A DNA stretch of 53,802 nucleotides from Myxococcota bacterium (GTDB lineage Bacteria > Myxococcota_A > UBA9160 > PR03): assembly GCA_041611735.1 (NCBI GenBank), contig JBFIML010000030.1:1-53802 (forward strand), given 5' to 3'. The notes below the pieces were generated by a model. The model was not told where the DNA came from, searched no databases, and saw nothing but the letters and a program-made list of their open reading frames with translations. The first letter of the stretch is position 1, and each line of letters opens with the position of its first letter. The position numbers and the translations under genes were made by a program. This document shows, piece after piece, positions 48,719 to 53,802 of the stretch.

Positions 48719-49645
48719 TCACCCGCGAAGGCGCGTGCGCTGGAGGCGGGTCGCCACGGCCCGCAGGTGATCCGGCGTCGTGCCGCAGCAGCCGCCCAGG
48801 ACCCGGGCTCCGGCGTCCGCCCAGCCGGCGAGCAGCGCGGCGAAGGCGTCGGGCGGGCAGTCCTCGCTGCGCGTGAAGCCGGTCTCGTCGTTCGGCGCTC
48901 CGAGGTTCGGATAGGCGCCGTACGGGAGGCCGGCGCCGGACAGCACCCGAAGCGCCTCCGGGACCGCCGAGGGGGGCAGGCAGTTCACGAGCAGGGCGAG
49001 GGGGCCGAACGGTGCCACGGCGTCGAGCCCCGCCGCCAGCGGCTCCCCGGAGAGGAGCCGCGCCGCCCCCTGGCACACGAAGCTCGCGAAGAAGGGCAGC
49101 CCTGCAGCGCAAGCCGCCCGCGCCGCCGCTCGCGCCTCCCGGACCGTGTTCATGGTCTCCATCAGCACCAGGTCCACACCGGCCGCGCACAGGTGCTCCG
49201 CATGCTCCGAGTGCTCGCGATCCAGGGCCGCGTCCTCGGGGACCCGGTCGGGCCGGTAGCAATCGGCCAGGGGCGGCAGCGAGCCCGCCACCAGGGGCGT
49301 CGCGGAAGCTGCGCAGCGCGCGCCGCGGCGGGCCAGCGTCACCGCCAGGGCCGTCAGGTCCGCCGCGCGCTCTCCCAGCCCGGCGGTGGCGAGGGTGCGG
49401 CGCTGGGTGCGAAAGGTATTGGCCGTGAGCACCTCGCACCCCGCTGCCGCGTAGTCGGCATGGATGCGCTCGAGGAGCTGCGGCTGCTCCAGCAGGGCAT
49501 GGGCGGACCAGAGCGGGAGCCCGGTGCGCGCGCCGCGCCGCTCGAGCTCGGTGCCCGTGGCGCCGTCCAGGAGCAGGGGCGGTCCGGCGCGGAGTCGCGC
49601 CGGCAGCTCCGCCCCCCGCCCGTTCGCCGCGTGGCTCCTCGCCAT
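48719..49645 (-). CDS. Homocysteine S-methyltransferase family protein
   Basis: LLDGATGTELERRG, WSA, H.DY..AG, TANTF, VNC, YPN, GGCCGTTPDH (Zn ligands). Confidence 0.9.
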   Translation of the reverse strand: MARSHAANGRGAELPARLRAGPPLLLDGATGTELERRGARTGLPLWSAHALLEQPQLLERIHADYAAAGCEVLTANTFRTQRRTLATAGLGERAADLTALAVTLARRGARCAASATPLVAGSLPPLADCYRPDRVPEDAALDREHSEHAEHLCAAGVDLVLMETMNTVREARAAARAACAAGLPFFASFVCQGAARLLSGEPLAAGLDAVAPFGPLALLVNCLPPSAVPEALRVLSGAGLPYGAYPNLGAPNDETGFTRSEDCPPDAFAALLAGWADAGARVLGGCCGTTPDHLRAVATRLQRTRLRG

Positions 49646-49685
49646 CTCCCTCCCGCGCTCCGGGCCCCGGTATACTGACGCGCTC

Positions 49686-52316
49686 ATGAACCGGCACGCG
49701 GCCGTGATGCGTCATGCGGAGGCCGGCCGCCTGGAGCCGGTGCGCCTCTTCCTGCGCTACCGCGACTCCGACACGCCTCCCCGGGGCGATGCCCCCGAGC
49801 CGCGACTCGCCGAAGGCTGGCTGCGGCCGGGGACCCAGGAGGTCGGGCCCTTTCGCGTGCGCCTGGCCTGCGACATCGAGGGGGAGTGTGCCACCTACGA
49901 GCTCTCCCTGCGCAACGGGGCGGAGCGGCCGCTGCGTCTCGAGGCGCTGGGGCTCGGCTTCCGCTGGCGTCCGCCGCGCCTGGCGGCCCCCCGCTTCCTG
50001 CGGCAGGGATGGCAGTCCTGGTCCTTCGCCGGCGGCTGGCCGCTCGACGAGGTCGGCGAGCCCCCGTTCCCCTCGGGTCCGTGGCTGCGCGGCTTCCACC
50101 GCGGGCTGGCTCGCGTGCCGTCGGACCGCAGCGGCTGGCACGAAGCGGACCTCGTCACCGCCGTGGCCGCCGCCCCGGGCGGCCCGGCCGTGTGCGCCGG
50201 TGTGCTCGAGAGCGGGCGCGCCCTCGGCGTCGTCTTCCTGCGTCGCGAGGACGCCAGCGTGCGGCTCGAGCTGGAGCAGTGGTGGGAGCGCCCCCTCGAA
50301 CCGGGGGCGACGCTCGAGGGGGAAGCGGTGCGCGTCGCCCTGGGCGCAGAGGCGGAGCGGCTCCTCGAGGCTCACGCCGCCGATCACGGGCGTCGCGCCG
50401 GGGCACGCAACGGGGCGCCCTTCCGGCCCGGCTGGTGCAGCTGGTACCAGTTCTTCCACGAGGTGGACGAGGCGAGCCTGCTGCGCAACCTGGAGGCGCT
50501 GGCGGCCGCCCGCGAGACGATCCCCGTGGAGGTGGTGCAGCTCGACGACGGCTATCAGCGCGCCGTGGGCGACTGGCTGGAGACCAACGCACGCTTTCCC
50601 CGCGGATTGGCTCCCCTCGCCGCGGAGATCCGCGACGCGGGCTTCGTGCCCGGCATCTGGGTCGCTCCCTTCTGCGTGGTGCCCGAGAGCCAGCTCTTCG
50701 CATCCCACCCGGACTGGCTGCTGCGCGCCGAGGACGGGCTCCTGCGCGGGTTGTACCACGGCCAGTGGAGCCGCGAGGGCTGGGTGCACGTGCTGGACCC
50801 CTCCCACGACCCCGCACGCGACCACCTGTTGCGCACCGCCGCCGCCCTCGTGGCGCTCGGCTTCCAGTACCTGAAGCTCGACTTCCTGTACACGGCGGCG
50901 CTCACCGCCCGCGCCCATGACCCGACCCTGTCGCGGGTGGCCCGGCTCCGCCGCGGCCTCGACGCGATCCGCGCCGGCGCCGGGGAGGACGCCTTCCTGC
51001 TCGGCTGCGGCTGTCCCCTCGGTGCGGCGGTGGGTGTGGTGGACGGCATGCGCATCGGCCCCGACACGGCGCCCGCCTGGGATACGGTGGAGGCCCTGCG
51101 AATCCCCGGACTGGAGCCGACCCTGCCGGCCGCCCGCAATGCGCTTCGCAACACGCTCGCGCGCGCCTGGATGCACCGGCGGCTGTGGCAGAACGATCCC
51201 GACTGCCTGATGACCCGCGGGTCCGACACGGAGCTGTCGGCGGCCGAGGTGCGCACGCTGGCCGTGGCGGCGGCGGCCACCGGTGGCATGCTGGTGCTCT
51301 CGGACGACCTGCCGGCCCTGGCACCGGAGCGCCGTGCGCTCGCAGCGGGCACGATCGAGCTGGCGCGCCGGCTGGACCGGGCCGGCGGCGGCCGGCCGCT
51401 CGCCCTGCTCGAGGACGACGTGGCGGCGGGCGCCGTGGCCCGGGGGACGCGGGATGGCTGGCTCGCCCTGTTCAACGGCGGGGAGGAACGCGTGCGCCGC
51501 GACGTGGACGTGCGCGCGCTCGGGCTCCAGCCCGCGGACGCGGCGCCCGAGCCCCTGCTCGACTCCCCGCCCCCGGGCGAATGGAAGGAGGGGCACTTGG
51601 CCGTGGAGCTGGATGCGCACGAGGCGGTGCTCTACCGGCTGCGCATGCTTCCCCCGCTGGCCGTCTTCTGCGACTTCGACGGGACCTTCGCGGTCCAGGA
51701 CGTCGGCTCGACCCTGGCGCGCCGCTACGCCGGCGCACGCCGCGCGGCGCTCTGGGACCGGCTCACCCGCGGCGAGCTCACTGCCTGGGAGTACAACCTG
51801 GAGCTCCTCGACGGCCTTCCGCTTCCGGAGGTCGAGCTCGAGGCCTTCCTGCAAACCGTGCAGCTCGATCCCGGGGCGCGGGAGCTGGTGGCCTGGTGCG
51901 AGCACGAAGGCGTGCCCTTCCGGGTACTGTCCGACGGCTTCGACCGCAACCTCGACCGCCTGCAGGAGCTCCACCGCATCCGCTTCGACTACGACGCCAA
52001 CCGCCTGCGCTACGAGGCCGAGGCCTGGCGCATCGAGGCGGCCCATCCGAACCCGGCCTGCGATTGCGGCACCGGGACCTGCAAGCGCGGGCGCATCGAG
52101 GCCTTTCGCCGCGAGTACCCGGACGTCGTGATCGTGCACATCGGCAACGGGCGCGTCTCGGACCTGTGCGGCGCGTTGGCGGCGGACGTGGTGTTCGCCA
52201 AGGACTCCCTGGCCGAGGCGCTCGCGGAGCGGGCCATGCGCTTCGAGCACTTCGAGACCCTGTACGACGTGCGGGCCGCACTCGAGCGCCTGCTGGCGCA
52301 CCTGTCGGGCTCCTAG
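49686..52316 (+). CDS. GH36 alpha-galactosidase fused to an MtnX-like HAD phosphatase
   Basis: GWCSWY, QLDDGYQ, GIWVAPF, YLKLDF, MRIGPD, NDPDCL, then in frame FCDFDGT, LSDG, CDCGTGTCK, IGNGRVSD, VFAK. Confidence 0.85.
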   Translation: MNRHAAVMRHAEAGRLEPVRLFLRYRDSDTPPRGDAPEPRLAEGWLRPGTQEVGPFRVRLACDIEGECATYELSLRNGAERPLRLEALGLGFRWRPPRLAAPRFLRQGWQSWSFAGGWPLDEVGEPPFPSGPWLRGFHRGLARVPSDRSGWHEADLVTAVAAAPGGPAVCAGVLESGRALGVVFLRREDASVRLELEQWWERPLEPGATLEGEAVRVALGAEAERLLEAHAADHGRRAGARNGAPFRPGWCSWYQFFHEVDEASLLRNLEALAAARETIPVEVVQLDDGYQRAVGDWLETNARFPRGLAPLAAEIRDAGFVPGIWVAPFCVVPESQLFASHPDWLLRAEDGLLRGLYHGQWSREGWVHVLDPSHDPARDHLLRTAAALVALGFQYLKLDFLYTAALTARAHDPTLSRVARLRRGLDAIRAGAGEDAFLLGCGCPLGAAVGVVDGMRIGPDTAPAWDTVEALRIPGLEPTLPAARNALRNTLARAWMHRRLWQNDPDCLMTRGSDTELSAAEVRTLAVAAAATGGMLVLSDDLPALAPERRALAAGTIELARRLDRAGGGRPLALLEDDVAAGAVARGTRDGWLALFNGGEERVRRDVDVRALGLQPADAAPEPLLDSPPPGEWKEGHLAVELDAHEAVLYRLRMLPPLAVFCDFDGTFAVQDVGSTLARRYAGARRAALWDRLTRGELTAWEYNLELLDGLPLPEVELEAFLQTVQLDPGARELVAWCEHEGVPFRVLSDGFDRNLDRLQELHRIRFDYDANRLRYEAEAWRIEAAHPNPACDCGTGTCKRGRIEAFRREYPDVVIVHIGNGRVSDLCGALAADVVFAKDSLAEALAERAMRFEHFETLYDVRAALERLLAHLSGS

Positions 52317-52354
52317 GCCGCGCCGTCGGGCCCCTGCTACTTTGGCGCGGCGCC

Positions 52355-53701
52355 ATGCAGCCGCGAAAGGTCGTCGTCGTGGGGGCCGGCCTGGCCGGGC
52401 TCGTGGCCGCTCGGCGTCTCGCCGAGGCGGGCCTCGCCGTGTCGCTGCTGGAGGCGACCTCGCGTCCGGGCGGGCGCGCCGTGGCCGTCCCGCCCGCCTC
52501 CCTGGTCCATCGCGTCGTTCCGACCGATGCCCACCTGCTCGCGCTGGTGGAATCGGCGGGTCTCGCCGAGCTCATGCTGCCCCTGCGCTTCCTGGCGCTT
52601 GCGCAGCCGGGCCGCCATGGACTCGTCCCCATCGACCCCGTGGACCGCAGCGGCATCGCAGCCCTGCCCGGCGTGCGGCGGCTCGAGGCCTGGCGACTCG
52701 GACGGCTGCCCCGCCTGATGCGGCGCTACGCGCCACTCCTGGACCCCGCGTATCCCGAGCGCGCCGCGCCCCTGGACGACCGCAGCGTCGCCGACTTCGG
52801 GAGGCTCTATTTCGGTACCAGCCTGGTCACCGGCTGGATGGAGCCCGCCCTGGCCGAGACGGCACCGGACGACGAGCGCGAGACGAGCCGCGTGGCCTTC
52901 CTGCTGCGCCACGCCGTCGAGGGCGGGGCGCCGCCGGGCAGCCTGCGCGCGCCGGTGGCCCGTCTGGCCGAGGCCCTCGCGTGTGGCCTGGAAGTGCGCT
53001 TCGAGCGCCGGGTGGAGGGCGTGGCGTCGCCGGCGGGAGGCGGCTTCGTCCTCTGCGTGCGCGGACCCCAGGGTCGCGAGTCCCTGGAGGCGGACGCGCT
53101 GCTGCTGGCACTTCCCGCCGACGAGGCCCTGCGCATGGCGGACCCCGTCTGGACCCACGCCGAACGCACGCTCCTCGGCGCGGTGCGCTATGCGGCCTCC
53201 ATCACCTGCAGTGTGGCGCTTCCGGAGCGTCGGCTTCGCCACGCCACCCGGGTGCGCGTTCCACGCGCCCGGGGCGGCGCGCTCGCCAGCGTCACCCTCG
53301 AGCCTGCCGACCCGGATGCAGAATCCGCGGGCGTGCGCGCCAGCCTGGTGATGCGCGACGCCTGGGCCCGCGCGCGTCTGGACGCCCCGGACGACACCCT
53401 CGCCAAGGAGCTCGCTGCGGAGCTCATGGCGTTGCTGGGCGCGTCCCGGGAGCCCGAGGCCGCCGCCTCCGTCGCTCGTCATGCGCGCGCCTGGCCGCGC
53501 TTCGAGGTGGGCCGCTACCGGGCGCTGGCGCGCCTGAGGCGCGTGCTGGAGGACCGCCAGCGGGCCGGGCGTCGCTTGTATCTGGCGGGGGATTGGATGG
53601 TGGCTGGGACGCTGGAGGGGGCGGTGGTGTCGGGGATCCGCGCCGCCGAGCAGCTCCTCGGTTGTGGTGCGACTTCTGGGTCTGGCACGGGATGTGCTTG
53701 A
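52355..53701 (+). CDS. FAD-dependent oxidoreductase (amine oxidase/protoporphyrinogen oxidase-like)
   Basis: VVVGAGLAGL.AA..L, LEA..RPGGR, YLAGDW, TLEGAVVSG.RAA. Confidence 0.85.
   Translation: MQPRKVVVVGAGLAGLVAARRLAEAGLAVSLLEATSRPGGRAVAVPPASLVHRVVPTDAHLLALVESAGLAELMLPLRFLALAQPGRHGLVPIDPVDRSGIAALPGVRRLEAWRLGRLPRLMRRYAPLLDPAYPERAAPLDDRSVADFGRLYFGTSLVTGWMEPALAETAPDDERETSRVAFLLRHAVEGGAPPGSLRAPVARLAEALACGLEVRFERRVEGVASPAGGGFVLCVRGPQGRESLEADALLLALPADEALRMADPVWTHAERTLLGAVRYAASITCSVALPERRLRHATRVRVPRARGGALASVTLEPADPDAESAGVRASLVMRDAWARARLDAPDDTLAKELAAELMALLGASREPEAAASVARHARAWPRFEVGRYRALARLRRVLEDRQRAGRRLYLAGDWMVAGTLEGAVVSGIRAAEQLLGCGATSGSGTGCA
53682..53698 (+). promoter_or_regulatory. Sigma-54-like -24/-12 motif
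   Basis: CTGGCACG-GGAT-GTGCT, 12 nt upstream of ATG 53711. Confidence 0.45.
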
Positions 53702-53710
53702 GGTGCGGGG

Positions 53711-53802
53711 ATGCCGCGCCCGGCTCCGTCGCGTCCGCCGCCGTTCTGTCCGAACCCGGCCTGCGTTTTCCATCGCGATCCCAGGGTTTGGCGCTACACG
53801 AA
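53711..53802 (+). CDS. 3'-truncated Zn-ribbon protein, probable IS1/IS1595-like transposase N-terminus
   Basis: MPRPAPSRPPPFCPNPACVFHRDPRVWRYT runs off the window end. Confidence 0.45.
   Translation, partial: MPRPAPSRPPPFCPNPACVFHRDPRVWRYT

Noticed and set aside
48447-52301. 1284-aa minus-strand ORF and similar long ORFs (11329-14349, 38302-41217, 27814-30504, 33393-35501)
   Set aside because: These are antisense or off-frame shadows expected at high GC. They show no motifs and overlap well-supported genes.

Overview
Very GC-rich (roughly 70-75% by eye), densely coding bacterial DNA with about 50 genes. Gene content (bacterial topoisomerase VI, sigma-54 sites, LemA/TPM, OmpA, many lipoproteins) suggests a diderm Myxococcota/deltaproteobacteria-like organism; this is inference. 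The first ~4.4 kb look like a decayed island: a PhlG-type hydrolase, a LuxR/DUF2231 pair, an IS481 pseudogene, a secreted-protein fragment and a tyrosine-integrase remnant overlapping the 3' end of an amidinotransferase gene. Next come an arginine succinyltransferase-type operon (astC-like, astA, astD, and a DDAH-like pentein where astB normally sits), a MITE-like element, and a degenerate NtrC-like regulator, GH31 lipoprotein and hybrid kinase. These are followed by fur and an operon behind a Fur-box-like palindrome: Com-like Zn-ribbon peptide, porin, FMN-binding protein, His-bearing membrane protein and ApbE. The rest holds lemA-TPM-TPM, archaeal-type top6B-top6A, comM, an OmpA/VWA/Ca-repeat lipoprotein cluster, patatin, NRDE, folC, GH20, a homocysteine methyltransferase, a GH36-HAD phosphatase fusion, an FAD oxidoreductase and the start of a probable IS element. 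The best candidate for an undescribed system is the iron/flavinylation operon, which appears to combine Fur repression with a phage Mu Com-like translational switch. No rRNA, tRNA or CRISPR array was seen. All family calls come from motif recognition by eye; no database searches were run.
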